The position numbers and the translations under genes are program-made. The notes under the pieces are model-generated. The model had not been told where the DNA came from. It did no database searches and saw only the letters and a list, made by a program, of their open reading frames with translations. From positions 1-46,315 of IMG/VR virus record IMGVR_UViG_3300033485_000030: a DNA stretch of 46,315 nt, one strand, 5' to 3'. Shown piece after piece: positions 26,406 through 36,417 of the stretch. The stretch comes from a virus. Its lineage: Duplodnaviria; Caudoviricetes. The first letter of the stretch is position 1, and each line of letters opens with the position of its first letter.

Positions 26406-29400
26406 GTAGTACAGTTGATAATAGAGTTGTTGGTTTAGGATTTGATAATAAGCAATTTGAAGCTGGAACAAAGCAAAGTATAGAATCACTCAACGCTCTA
26501 AAAAAGGGTTTGCAATTAGATGAATCAGCTAGAAGTTTAGCAAATTTAGCTAGTGCCGGAAGAGCTTTTAATTTGGGACCTATAGCCGATGGTGTTCAAA
26601 GTCTACAAAATAGATTTTCCACTTTTGGTATTATTGGTATGACCATTTTGCAAAATCTTACGAATAAAGCTATGGAATTTGGGCATAAGATGTGGCAAGC
26701 AATAACTGGCCCAGCTAAAACAGGTTTTGCAGAATATGAAACTCAAATGAATGCTATTCAGACAATTATGGCAAATACGGCTTCCAAAGGCACTACTATG
26801 GATGAAGTTAATGCTGTATTGGATGAATTAAATACATATGCTGACAAAACTATTTATAATTTCTCAGAAATGACGAAAAATATAGGCACCTTTACTGCTG
26901 CGGGTATTGATTTGAAAACCTCAGCAGATGCTATTAAAGGTATTGCTAACTTAGCTGCTGTTTCTGGTTCAAATTCACAGCAAGCAGCTGTCGCGATGTA
27001 TCAGTTATCTCAAGCATTAGCTTCTGGTACTGTTAAATTAATGGACTGGAACTCTGTAGTAAATGCTGGTATGGGTGGTCAAGTATTTCAAGACGCTCTT
27101 AAAGAAACTGCTCGTCTTCATGGTATTGCTATTGATAATATGATAAAGCGTGAGGGCAGTTTTAGAAATACCTTGCAAGAGGGTTGGTTAACAAGTGAAA
27201 TTTTAACCGAGACCTTATCAAAATTTACCGGAGATCTTACAGCTGCCCAATTAGAAACAATGGGATATACTGAAGACCAGATAGCTGGAATTTTGAAACT
27301 TGGTCAAACTGCTAATGACGCGGCAACTAAAGTTAAAACATTAACACAATTAAAAGACACTTTAAAGGAAGCACTAGGATCTGGATGGGCACAAACTTGG
27401 AAAATTGTTGTTGGTGATTTTCAAGAAGCTAAAACATTCTTTACTTATCTTAGCGATATGTTTGGTGGAATTATTACTAGATCTTCAGATGTTCGTAATG
27501 AAATATTACAAACTTGGAAAGATTTAGGTGGAAGAACTTTAGTTATAGCTGCTATTAGGAAAACATTTGAAGCAATAGTCGTTGCGGTTGCACCGATTAA
27601 AGATGCTTTTAAAGAGATCTTTCCAACTGAGGTTAACTGGGGTAAGAAACTTTATGACATAAGTTTTAGTTTAATGTTGTTTGCTCACAACCTCAAAATG
27701 GGAGGAGAAACTATTGAAAAGGTAAAGACTATTTTTAAGGGTTTCTTTGCTATTTTTGATATTGCAATAATGGCTCTTACTGCTTTCTTTGGTCTATTTG
27801 ATAAAAGAGCTATTGGCGGTGGAATAGAATCCTTAGGAAAGTCTTTATTTGATAACGTTGTTAGAATTGCCGAATGGATTTTAAATCTTAGAGATGCACT
27901 TAAAGCAGGGAACACCTTTGTAAAAGGCATAGAAAATATAAAATCTGCAATTGCGACCTTTCAAGACAAAGTTGCCGAAGTTGTTAGTAAAATTAGAACG
28001 GAGTTTGATAAACTTAAAGAAGCATTTGAATCTTTTAAAGTAAAGATTAAAGACGCCTTTACTTTTGGCAGTGTAAACACCAGTGGAATAACTGATTTCT
28101 TTGAGAAGATTAAAATTCGTTTTGCTCCTTTGGAAACTTTAGTAAAAGTTGTTGCTGTTGTAATAGGCGGTTTAATAAAGTTATTAGAAAAATCTGCTCC
28201 TATTCTTGTTGGATTAGGTAGTTGGATTGGAAAAATATTAGGTGGTCTTGGTACTGCCATTTTTGATGCTGTTTCAACACTCGATTTTAGTAATCTATTT
28301 GATGCACTAAATGCTGGATTCCTTGGCGCATTTATATTAGCACTTCAGAAATTTGTAACCAAAGGAACTAGTACTCTTGGTAGTATCGAGAACATGTTTC
28401 AAGGTATATCTGGAGTTTTAGACGATGTTAGAGCTAGTCTACAAGCCTATCAGCAAAATCTAAAATCAAAGACTTTATTAAATATAGCTATTGCTGTTGG
28501 TGTTTTAGCTGCTTCATTACTTGTAATATCATTAATAGATTCTAAGAAACTTACAACGGCTCTTGCTTCTGTAACTGCCTTATTTGCAGATCTAGTACTT
28601 TCAATGCAACTCCTTGGTCAGGGCACTGGTGGAGCAGTAGGTGGTGCCATGGGCTTAGCTATAAGTTTAATGGCTATGTCTACAGCTATTTTACTGATTT
28701 CTGGAGCTATAAAAGTATTATCCACAATGGATAAAGAAGAATTAAATAATGGTCTTCTATCCTTAGGAGCTATATCTGCGGGTGTTGTTGCTCTTTCTCG
28801 CACAATGTCCGGTGCAAAGGGTTTTGCAGCTAGTGCTATTAGTCTTATGTTATTTGGCGTCGCTCTTAAAATTATAGTCGACGTCGTTAAAGAATTGGGA
28901 AATATTGATGTTGACGTTTTGCAAAAAGGATTAGTTAGTATAGGCATATTAATGGCCGAACTTGCTGCTTTTACCCAATTAAGTGGAAAGTTTGGAATTG
29001 GTGGTGGATTAGGAATTCTTGCTTTCGCAGCGGCCTTATTAGTATTGAGTATATCCGTAGAAAAATTTGGAGAAATGGATATTGGCGTTCTAAAGCAAGG
29101 TTTGATAGCGATGGGAGCTATATTAGCCGAATTAGGATTATTTATTCTCTTGACGGGAGATAGCAAAAAGGTAATGGCAACTGCCATTGCTATGACTATT
29201 CTAGGTGGAGCTATACTTATATTTACCAAAGCCATAGAGATTTTAGGAAAAATGACTTGGGAAGAGATAGGAAAAGGTTTAGCTGGGATAGCTGGTGCTT
29301 TATTGGCTATAGTTCTCGCCGTGAATCTTATGCCTAAGAATATTCCATTTGTAGCTGTTTCCTTAGTTATAATTGCAGGCGCAATTTATATTTTAGCTAA

Positions 29401-30958
29401 TTCCCTAACACTCATGTCAAAAATGACTTGGGAAGAGATAGCAAAAGGCTTGGCTACTCTGGCTGGCGCATTTCTTATAATTGGTGTTGCTATGTACGCC
29501 ATGCAAACTAGTATTGGTGGAGCTCTAGCATTAGTTGTTGTAGCAGGAGCCTTAGCAATACTTACCCCAGTATTAAAAACACTGGGGGGTATGGGTCTTA
29601 CTGAGATAGCGTTAGCATTGGGTGCCCTTGCAGGAGTGTTTATTATTCTTGGTATAGCGGGAGCTCTTTTAACTCCTACTGTCCCCACTCTATTAGGATT
29701 AGGTATTGCCATTATGTTACTTGGTGCCGCCATCGCATTAATAGGTGGGGGTATATTACTATTTTCTATGGGGTTGGCAGCTTTAGCTGTATCTGGTGTA
29801 GCTGGGGCTACTGCCTTGGTTGCTATAGTAGGTGTGCTACTTGGAATTGTTCCAATGGTAATAACTGCTATAGTAGAAGGACTTAAATTATTTTCAGAGT
29901 TAATTATTGGAGCGGCTCCAGTTTTTGGAGAAGCTTTAATAGTACTTATAGAAACGATTTGTAAGGTTATTATTGACTCCGTTCCAGATGTTGTAGAAGC
30001 TCTTCAAGTAGTACTAACAGGTCTTATTCAACTTATTAGAGATAATGTGCCACCAGCAATTGATGCATTTTTATTTCTAATAGCCGAACTTCTTAAATCA
30101 TTAGCTGCGAGTATACCAGATTTTACTCAATCAGCTTTTGATATCTTATTAGGATTCTTAAAAGGTATTCGAGATAATATTGGAGAGGTTGTAATTGTTG
30201 TTGGTGAAATAATTACTGAATTTCTTGATGCTTTAGCTCTTGAATTACCTAAAATTATTCAATCCGGTGTAGATTTTATAATTAGTTTTATTGATGGAAT
30301 AGCTGCGGCTATTGAAACTAGTGGTCCCGATTTAACCGCTGCTGTAGGAAGACTTGCAAGTGCAATAATTAAAGGACTTACAGATGGTCTTTTAGGTGGT
30401 GTAAATGCTATTGTTGCAGCTATTGGTAATATAGGTAGTTCAATTATTGGCGCTCTTAAAACATTACTCGGTATTACCTCTCCATCAAAAGTAATGATAG
30501 CGATAGGTATTCAAGTAATTAAGGGATTGCTTATTGGTTTAAGAGATCGTGCTAATAGTATCAAAGATGCTACTGAAGATCTTGGTGATAGAGCTGTATC
30601 GGGTATGAGTAGAGCGATTAGACGTATTAACGACGCTCTTAATGCTGACATAAATCAGTATCCAACGATTACTCCTATACTAGATTTAACAGATCTTCAA
30701 AATGGAAGTAGAGCTATAGATAGGATGTTTATTAATAAAGGAATTAAATTGTCAGAGAGTATGAATAGGTTGGCTTCTGTCTCCGGAAAAATGTCACAAC
30801 AAAATGGCTCCGGGGAAAGAATGATAAATCCAAATCCAAATACAGTCATAACCTTTAATCAAACTAACAATTCACCTAAGGCTTTATCTTCATTTGATAT
30901 CTATAAAGATACTAGAAATCAGTTATTAATGTTGAAAGGATTGGTCATAAGCAAATGA
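26402..30958 (+). CDS. Tape measure protein
   Basis: 1518 aa, Ala/Gly/Leu-rich helical, tape-measure domain (YADKTIYNF...MYQLSQALASG), hydrophobic repeats. Confidence 0.93.
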   Translation: MSSTVDNRVVGLGFDNKQFEAGTKQSIESLNALKKGLQLDESARSLANLASAGRAFNLGPIADGVQSLQNRFSTFGIIGMTILQNLTNKAMEFGHKMWQAITGPAKTGFAEYETQMNAIQTIMANTASKGTTMDEVNAVLDELNTYADKTIYNFSEMTKNIGTFTAAGIDLKTSADAIKGIANLAAVSGSNSQQAAVAMYQLSQALASGTVKLMDWNSVVNAGMGGQVFQDALKETARLHGIAIDNMIKREGSFRNTLQEGWLTSEILTETLSKFTGDLTAAQLETMGYTEDQIAGILKLGQTANDAATKVKTLTQLKDTLKEALGSGWAQTWKIVVGDFQEAKTFFTYLSDMFGGIITRSSDVRNEILQTWKDLGGRTLVIAAIRKTFEAIVVAVAPIKDAFKEIFPTEVNWGKKLYDISFSLMLFAHNLKMGGETIEKVKTIFKGFFAIFDIAIMALTAFFGLFDKRAIGGGIESLGKSLFDNVVRIAEWILNLRDALKAGNTFVKGIENIKSAIATFQDKVAEVVSKIRTEFDKLKEAFESFKVKIKDAFTFGSVNTSGITDFFEKIKIRFAPLETLVKVVAVVIGGLIKLLEKSAPILVGLGSWIGKILGGLGTAIFDAVSTLDFSNLFDALNAGFLGAFILALQKFVTKGTSTLGSIENMFQGISGVLDDVRASLQAYQQNLKSKTLLNIAIAVGVLAASLLVISLIDSKKLTTALASVTALFADLVLSMQLLGQGTGGAVGGAMGLAISLMAMSTAILLISGAIKVLSTMDKEELNNGLLSLGAISAGVVALSRTMSGAKGFAASAISLMLFGVALKIIVDVVKELGNIDVDVLQKGLVSIGILMAELAAFTQLSGKFGIGGGLGILAFAAALLVLSISVEKFGEMDIGVLKQGLIAMGAILAELGLFILLTGDSKKVMATAIAMTILGGAILIFTKAIEILGKMTWEEIGKGLAGIAGALLAIVLAVNLMPKNIPFVAVSLVIIAGAIYILANSLTLMSKMTWEEIAKGLATLAGAFLIIGVAMYAMQTSIGGALALVVVAGALAILTPVLKTLGGMGLTEIALALGALAGVFIILGIAGALLTPTVPTLLGLGIAIMLLGAAIALIGGGILLFSMGLAALAVSGVAGATALVAIVGVLLGIVPMVITAIVEGLKLFSELIIGAAPVFGEALIVLIETICKVIIDSVPDVVEALQVVLTGLIQLIRDNVPPAIDAFLFLIAELLKSLAASIPDFTQSAFDILLGFLKGIRDNIGEVVIVVGEIITEFLDALALELPKIIQSGVDFIISFIDGIAAAIETSGPDLTAAVGRLASAIIKGLTDGLLGGVNAIVAAIGNIGSSIIGALKTLLGITSPSKVMIAIGIQVIKGLLIGLRDRANSIKDATEDLGDRAVSGMSRAIRRINDALNADINQYPTITPILDLTDLQNGSRAIDRMFINKGIKLSESMNRLASVSGKMSQQNGSGERMINPNPNTVITFNQTNNSPKALSSFDIYKDTRNQLLMLKGLVISK

Positions 30959-31950
30959 TAAATTCCGTAACTATTACCAATCATTTAAACGAATCTATTT
31001 TAATTGACTTAAGGGACCCGGTACCCTCCGGGTTCCTTATTCAATATATTGATGGTTTAGGTCCTCCAAAAGCCAATATTGAAGTAACAGAAATGTCCTT
31101 AATGGATGGATCTTTTTATAATTCGGCTAGAGCTCAAACAAGAAATATAGTTTTTGGTATTACTTTTGTAACTCCTTGGAGAAGTATTGTGCTTGAACCT
31201 ACACCACCTGCCCCAGATCCTCAAATAGAGGGAGGGGAACTAACTGGAGAAAATACGTCTGGGATTACTATTGAAGATATTAGACAAAAAAGTTATAAAT
31301 ATTTTCCGTTAAAGAAACGTATTAAAATGGTTTTTGATACGGATAATCGCACTTCAGAAGTTTATGGTTATGTAGAATCGAATACTCCAAATATTTTTAG
31401 TGCTAATGAGGGAACTATTATATCTATTGTGTGTCCATTTTCATATTTATTAGGGGAAGAAATAAATGAAATAGCGTTTGGATCTAGAATTCCTTTATTC
31501 GAATTTCCATTTTCAAATCCTTATGGATCAGCAACTTTGGAATTCTCAGAAATTGATAATCTTTTTACAAGAAATATTTATTATAATGGAGATGTTGATA
31601 TTGGAGTAATTGCAACAATTCATGCCATTGGAGATGCTGAGAATGTAACTATTTATAAAATTGAACCTTTACCGTCTGAAGATATAAAAATAGATACTGA
31701 TCGTCTTGTGGCTCTAACTGGTGAAGGAATTCATGCTGGGGATGATATTATTATATCGACGGTTAAAGGTGATAAATATGCTCATTTATTTAGAGATGGT
31801 GAAACAATTAACATACTTAACTGTCTTGAAAAATATCCGGACTGGTTCCAATTAACAAAAGGCGATAATATTTTTACATATGAAGCAGAAACTGGTGGGT
31901 TAAATCTTCAAGTAAAACTTCATTATCAACTTGCCTATGAAGGGATTTAA
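30955..31950 (+). CDS. Distal tail protein (Dit)
   Basis: Directly after tape measure; DGS.YNSAR..TRNIV, FEFPF, WFQLTKGDN. Confidence 0.8.
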   Translation: MINSVTITNHLNESILIDLRDPVPSGFLIQYIDGLGPPKANIEVTEMSLMDGSFYNSARAQTRNIVFGITFVTPWRSIVLEPTPPAPDPQIEGGELTGENTSGITIEDIRQKSYKYFPLKKRIKMVFDTDNRTSEVYGYVESNTPNIFSANEGTIISIVCPFSYLLGEEINEIAFGSRIPLFEFPFSNPYGSATLEFSEIDNLFTRNIYYNGDVDIGVIATIHAIGDAENVTIYKIEPLPSEDIKIDTDRLVALTGEGIHAGDDIIISTVKGDKYAHLFRDGETINILNCLEKYPDWFQLTKGDNIFTYEAETGGLNLQVKLHYQLAYEGI

Positions 31951-31952
31951 AT

Positions 31953-33206
31953 ATGGAATTAATGGTTTTGGACGTTAACTTTGAAAACGTAGGAATTATT
32001 GACGTATTTGAATCCCTTATATGGACTGATAGATATTTTGAAGCTGGCGATTTTGAATTATTAACAGTACCTACTCAATATAATATCTCAATATTAACTC
32101 AAGGATTATATGCCTCCATTAAGGAATCGGAGCATATTATGGTAATTGAGGATCTTCATATAAAAACAGATCCTGTTGATGGAAATAAAGTAGTTGTAAA
32201 AGGAAGATCTCTAGAAAGCATTTTAGATAGGAGAATTATTTGGGAACCTATATTCTTTGATGAAGAACCTATTCAATATGCTATTTTTACATTATTAAAT
32301 ATGCATGTTATAAATCCTGCAGACAATTATAGAAAATTTTCAAATATGATATTTGAGCATTCAACCGATCCAATAGTTCTTTCTATTATTATTTCAAGTC
32401 AATATTGGGGTAATAGTATATATAATTCGATTGTAGATCTTTGTTATTCTAACAATATTGGTTTTAAAATGACTTTGAACGACGAAGGAAAATATGTATT
32501 TAAATTGTATTCTGGAATTGATAGATCTTATAATCAAGTTAATAATCCCTATGTTATTTTCTCTCCTGATTTTGAAAATCTTAAAAATTCAGAATATATA
32601 ACGTCAAACAGACTTTTAAAAACAGCAGTTCTTGTTGCTGGAGAAAAAGGGGTTGGAAATGCTCAAATAGCTTTAGAAACAGATCCTTCTGCTCACACAA
32701 TACAAGATATTGTTAGAAGAGAAATGTTTTTAGATGCTCAAAATGTATCTGCTGTAGATCCATATGGTTTTCCCCTTTCATATGAAGAATTAATTGATCA
32801 ACTAAATCAAAAAGGATTAGAAGAACTTTCGAAAAATATAGTTGTTCAAACGTTTGCTAGTGAAGTAGATCCTACTAGTGAATTTGTTTATGGAACCGAT
32901 TTTTTTCTTGGAGATGTATTACAAGTAAGTAACGAATATGGTTATGAAGGAAAATCAAGGGTTATAGAAATTGTTCGTTGCGAAGATGGATCTGGAATTA
33001 AATTTTATCCAATATTTTCCTATGTTCGTGAAGGGATAATAGTGGATGAAAGTATTACCCTTGCAAAGAAAATAACAGTGCAATGTCCTAAAGATATTAG
33101 TGAAAGTATTATATTAGCAAGAAAAAATGAAATGTTTGATGGAGTTTTCGAAGAGATATATTTTGATAAATTTTCATTTATTTATTCTTTAGGTAAATTT
33201 GGATAG
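31953..33206 (+). CDS. Minor tail protein (ReqiPepy6 gp37-like/Tal position)
   Basis: FESLIWTDRYFEAGDFEL, GRSLESILDRRI, RREMFLDA, YGTDFFLGD. Confidence 0.8.
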   Translation: MELMVLDVNFENVGIIDVFESLIWTDRYFEAGDFELLTVPTQYNISILTQGLYASIKESEHIMVIEDLHIKTDPVDGNKVVVKGRSLESILDRRIIWEPIFFDEEPIQYAIFTLLNMHVINPADNYRKFSNMIFEHSTDPIVLSIIISSQYWGNSIYNSIVDLCYSNNIGFKMTLNDEGKYVFKLYSGIDRSYNQVNNPYVIFSPDFENLKNSEYITSNRLLKTAVLVAGEKGVGNAQIALETDPSAHTIQDIVRREMFLDAQNVSAVDPYGFPLSYEELIDQLNQKGLEELSKNIVVQTFASEVDPTSEFVYGTDFFLGDVLQVSNEYGYEGKSRVIEIVRCEDGSGIKFYPIFSYVREGIIVDESITLAKKITVQCPKDISESIILARKNEMFDGVFEEIYFDKFSFIYSLGKFG

Positions 33207-33215
33207 GAGAATATT

Positions 33216-34433
33216 ATGTCTTTAACATATGGATTTTATGACTCGGTTACTGGTGATAGAACATATACAGCTTTGCAATTTTCAGCGTTATTAGATTCTA
33301 TCATCAATGATGGCGTTTTTATGTCAATAGGTTCTGCCTTTGCTGTTAGTCCAGGAACGGGAATGCAAGTTAGTGTAGGTATAGGACGAGCATGGTTTGA
33401 TCATACTTGGACATATAACGATTCCCTTTTTAACTTAACAATAGATACTGCTCATGCAACATTAGATAGAATTGATACTGTTGTTATTGAGACTAATTCT
33501 AATAGTGGTGTTCGAGCAAACTCTCTTAAAGTTATTAAGGGAACTGCCGGATCTTCACCAGTTCCTCCAACATTAACTCATACTTCCGAAGTTAATCAAT
33601 ATCCTCTAGCAGACGTATTTGTTGGTAATGGTGTTACTTCGATTCTTGTTGGAGATATTATGTATAGGGTCGGATCCTCTGATTGTCCTTTTGTAACTGG
33701 AATTTTAGAAACGCTTGATATCGATGTTATAGTTGCTCAGTGGCAAGATGATTTTGAAGTTTGGTTCCAATTTTTACAAGATGAATTGGACGAAAATCAA
33801 GCAGCTAATTTACAAGCTCAAATTCTAGAACATGATCATTCTGATCCTTTACAAACATTAATACCTACTGCTGGATTAGAAGATGGGTTAATAACATTGG
33901 TTAAAATGGCATCTGGACAGAAATTTAAGAAAATTGGAGAATTTGTAGGTGACGGAGCAAATGTTCCGGATTGGTCCTCAATACCAACAGATTTTACTCA
34001 TTTATTTCTTATATATAATGGTCTTTCTACCAGACTTACATCTGCGTTGGATTCTATTTATTATATAGTAAATAATGACACTTCTGCCCATTATTATACT
34101 ACCTTGTGGTTAAAAACGGCCACCCAGGATGTTTGGAATTGGGGAGTATCAAATCCTCATGCCTATGGTCTGTTCGGTGGAATTTTACCAGCTCAAAATG
34201 CTGGATTTTTGACTACTGGATCTGGTTTGGTTGTATTTCCTAATTATAAAGGAACTACATTTTATAAGTCAGCTATTCATTATGCGCACTGGTTTAGTAG
34301 TTATTCAACGGGTTTAATATTATCTCATTCTTATTGGAATCAAGTAACAGCGATTAATAGACTTAATGGTAACGTATCCGGAGGATATAAACCTCGTGCT
34401 GGTAGTGTTTTCAGTCTTTATGGTTTCGATTAA
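33216..34433 (+). CDS. Minor tail/baseplate protein
   Basis: YGFYDSVTGDRTY...GRAW...DRID N-terminal domain followed by a beta-rich C-terminal domain. Confidence 0.75.
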   Translation: MSLTYGFYDSVTGDRTYTALQFSALLDSIINDGVFMSIGSAFAVSPGTGMQVSVGIGRAWFDHTWTYNDSLFNLTIDTAHATLDRIDTVVIETNSNSGVRANSLKVIKGTAGSSPVPPTLTHTSEVNQYPLADVFVGNGVTSILVGDIMYRVGSSDCPFVTGILETLDIDVIVAQWQDDFEVWFQFLQDELDENQAANLQAQILEHDHSDPLQTLIPTAGLEDGLITLVKMASGQKFKKIGEFVGDGANVPDWSSIPTDFTHLFLIYNGLSTRLTSALDSIYYIVNNDTSAHYYTTLWLKTATQDVWNWGVSNPHAYGLFGGILPAQNAGFLTTGSGLVVFPNYKGTTFYKSAIHYAHWFSSYSTGLILSHSYWNQVTAINRLNGNVSGGYKPRAGSVFSLYGFD

Positions 34434-34445
34434 AAGGAGTGATAT

Positions 34446-34760
34446 ATGACTCCAGCTTTTTATATTCCATCTTTTTTTAATCTTCTATTACTTTTCTGTG
34501 GATTAAGTTTATTACTTAGCTCAGTATATTTTCTGCTAATTAAAATTTTTCCATGGTTTGTAACTTTTCCTCTTGCGGCTTATGGTTTACATTTTTCAGT
34601 ATTTTATGGTCTTATAAGCTTTTCTCAATTAACAGGTCATATACTTAATAATGAAACTATGACCTTTTGGAGCGCTATTCTTAGATTTCATGGGGTTATA
34701 ACAGCTCTTGTGTTGGTATTTATTCTATCTTTGATTTTTGGAAGAAAAAAACATGACTGA
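34446..34760 (+). CDS. Small multi-pass membrane protein
   Basis: About three hydrophobic segments and a basic C-terminus; RBS. Confidence 0.7.
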   Translation: MTPAFYIPSFFNLLLLFCGLSLLLSSVYFLLIKIFPWFVTFPLAAYGLHFSVFYGLISFSQLTGHILNNETMTFWSAILRFHGVITALVLVFILSLIFGRKKHD

Positions 34761-35169
34761 TTATGCTCTCGATCCCCTTGAAATATTGCTTATTATAATT
34801 ATTCCATCGATTATTTCTGGAGTTCCAGCATTAATCTCAGCAATAGCAGCATGGAAAACTGAACGTAAAAAGAAAGCAGAAACCTTAACAGAAGAAGGTA
34901 GCGCCGCGGAAAAAGTTGCAATGGCGTATGATAGATTAGTTGAAGATCTTCAAATAAGAATTGATAAAATGGAGGCTCGATATCAAAAAGATTCTGAACA
35001 ATTTCAAGAAAGGTTAAAAGCAGCCGAACAAAGGATAGATAGACAAGGAAAACGGATTCGGCATCTTGAGCAAGGTGTTGATCAATTGATTACTCAAGTA
35101 AAATCATTAGGGGCAGAACCAGTTTTTACTATTCCTCCTAATGAACTAGAAAATGATAAAGATTTATAA
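34753..35169 (+). CDS. Membrane-anchored coiled-coil protein (lysis cassette)
   Basis: N-terminal TM helix followed by a long coiled coil; upstream of the holin. Confidence 0.65.
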   Translation: MTDYALDPLEILLIIIIPSIISGVPALISAIAAWKTERKKKAETLTEEGSAAEKVAMAYDRLVEDLQIRIDKMEARYQKDSEQFQERLKAAEQRIDRQGKRIRHLEQGVDQLITQVKSLGAEPVFTIPPNELENDKDL

Positions 35170-35182
35170 AAAGGAGATTATC

Positions 35183-35668
35183 ATGTTTAGTAATAAAGTC
35201 TATGACGTTTTAAAATTTTTGGCGCAATACGTTCTTCCTGCTCTTGCAAGTTTATATTATGGTCTATCGGCAATTTGGGGTTTACCATATTCTGAACAAG
35301 TCGTAGGTACAATCTTAGCAGTTGATGCTTTTCTAGGAGCATTGCTCGGTATTAGTTTGATTCAATATAATAAGAAGCAATCTGATAAATATGTGCAAGC
35401 TCAAATGCCAGAAATTATGGAACAAACTGCCTCCTCAAAATCTGTTTTTGCAATGAAAAGTACTACATACGATATCTTTTATTGGATCGTCCAAGTAGTT
35501 CTTCCTGCCCTTGGCACACTATATTTTGCACTTTCCTCTATCTGGAGTTTACCATATTCTGAGGAAATTGTGGGTACGATCACTCTAATTGATACTTTCT
35601 TAGGTATATTCCTAGGTATTAGCACTTCTCAATATAATAAATTAAATAGTGGTGTTTCTCCGACGTAA
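35183..35668 (+). CDS. Holin with two tandem Dp-1-like holin domains
   Basis: YD....Q.VLPAL..LY..LS.IW.LPYSE..VGTI...D.FLG..LGIS..QYNK occurs twice. Confidence 0.8.
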   Translation: MFSNKVYDVLKFLAQYVLPALASLYYGLSAIWGLPYSEQVVGTILAVDAFLGALLGISLIQYNKKQSDKYVQAQMPEIMEQTASSKSVFAMKSTTYDIFYWIVQVVLPALGTLYFALSSIWSLPYSEEIVGTITLIDTFLGIFLGISTSQYNKLNSGVSPT

Positions 35669-35677
35669 TTTTCTCCT

Positions 35678-35702
35678 TCGCATAATAAACATGGGCTATA
35701 AT
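35678..35702 (+). promoter_or_regulatory. TCGYR-N14-TATAAT promoter, copy 1
   Basis: TCGCA-TAATAAACATGGGC-TATAAT. Confidence 0.7.
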
Positions 35703-35735
35703 GAAGGAAAAAACTTTATTAAGGAGAATAAAATC

Positions 35736-36020
35736 ATGAATAAAAAGAAAATCCCGAGAATAGAAGACGAGATTGATCACATATTAAGATTTATGGCGAA
35801 TCATGAGCCGGATAAAGAAGAATATTCAGTTGCCACAAGAAACTTGAAGGAGTTATATGAAGCTCGAAGTAAGAAAAAAGCGAGCTTCATAGAAGCCGCA
35901 GAGGTACTAGTGGTAGTTGCAAGTATTTTTGAATTACTGGCTGTTTTACGCCACGAGGAAATCAACGTGATAACCTCGAAAGCATTTCAAATGGTTTTGG
36001 GATTGAAAAAATTCTTGTAG
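35736..36020 (+). CDS. Hypothetical protein
   Basis: TAAGGAG RBS before ATG 35736; between promoter 1 and a terminator. Confidence 0.7.
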   Translation: MNKKKIPRIEDEIDHILRFMANHEPDKEEYSVATRNLKELYEARSKKKASFIEAAEVLVVVASIFELLAVLRHEEINVITSKAFQMVLGLKKFL

Positions 36021-36038
36021 TAAATAAAGTTTTAAAAG

Positions 36039-36069
36039 GAGGAGTCTAAAACATGGACTCCTCTTTTTT
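36039..36069 (+). terminator. Intrinsic terminator
   Basis: GAGGAGTCT / GGACTCCTC + T6. Confidence 0.8.
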
Positions 36070-36073
36070 CTCC

Positions 36074-36098
36074 TCGTAGAAATTACAATGATTATAAT
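36074..36098 (+). promoter_or_regulatory. TCGYR-N14-TATAAT promoter, copy 2
   Basis: TCGTA-GAAATTACAATGAT-TATAAT. Confidence 0.7.
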
Positions 36099-36122
36099 AG
36101 AGAGTTTCTAAAGGAGAAAAAA

Positions 36123-36371
36123 ATGATTGACATAAAATATTTTAAAGCCATAAGATTGCATTTAGGTTTAAGTTTGGAAGATATTGCTCGTGAGATGCAT
36201 TGCACAAAGCAAACTATAAGTAATATTGAAAACGGGAAGTCGAAGCATAAAATGGCAATAGCATTCTATGAAGAAATTTTAGGAAACCATTTAAAAGAAA
36301 CTCCAATAAATACAAAAGAGTATTTTAATGCTATAGAATATCTTTATAAAAAGAAGTTAAATAGAAATTGA
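36123..36371 (+). CDS. XRE-family HTH transcriptional regulator
   Basis: IRLHLGLSLEDIAREMHCTKQTISNIENGK. Confidence 0.9.
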   Translation: MIDIKYFKAIRLHLGLSLEDIAREMHCTKQTISNIENGKSKHKMAIAFYEEILGNHLKETPINTKEYFNAIEYLYKKKLNRN

Positions 36372-36393
36372 AGCCGAATAGGCTTCTTTTTTT
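36370..36393 (+). terminator. Intrinsic terminator
   Basis: GAAGCC / GGCTTC + T7. Confidence 0.75.
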
Positions 36394-36417
36394 CAAAAGT
36401 TTAAATAAAAGGAGATT

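Noticed and set aside
27685-29733. Several minus-strand ORFs inside the tape measure gene, and similar shadows elsewhere (e.g. 1837-2262, 40219-40918)
   Set aside because: Antisense shadows of codon-biased + strand genes with no RBS or recognisable motifs
3056-34433. Diversity-generating retroelement acting on fibre genes
   Set aside because: No reverse transcriptase and no template/variable repeat pair with adenine-specific differences seen in the window
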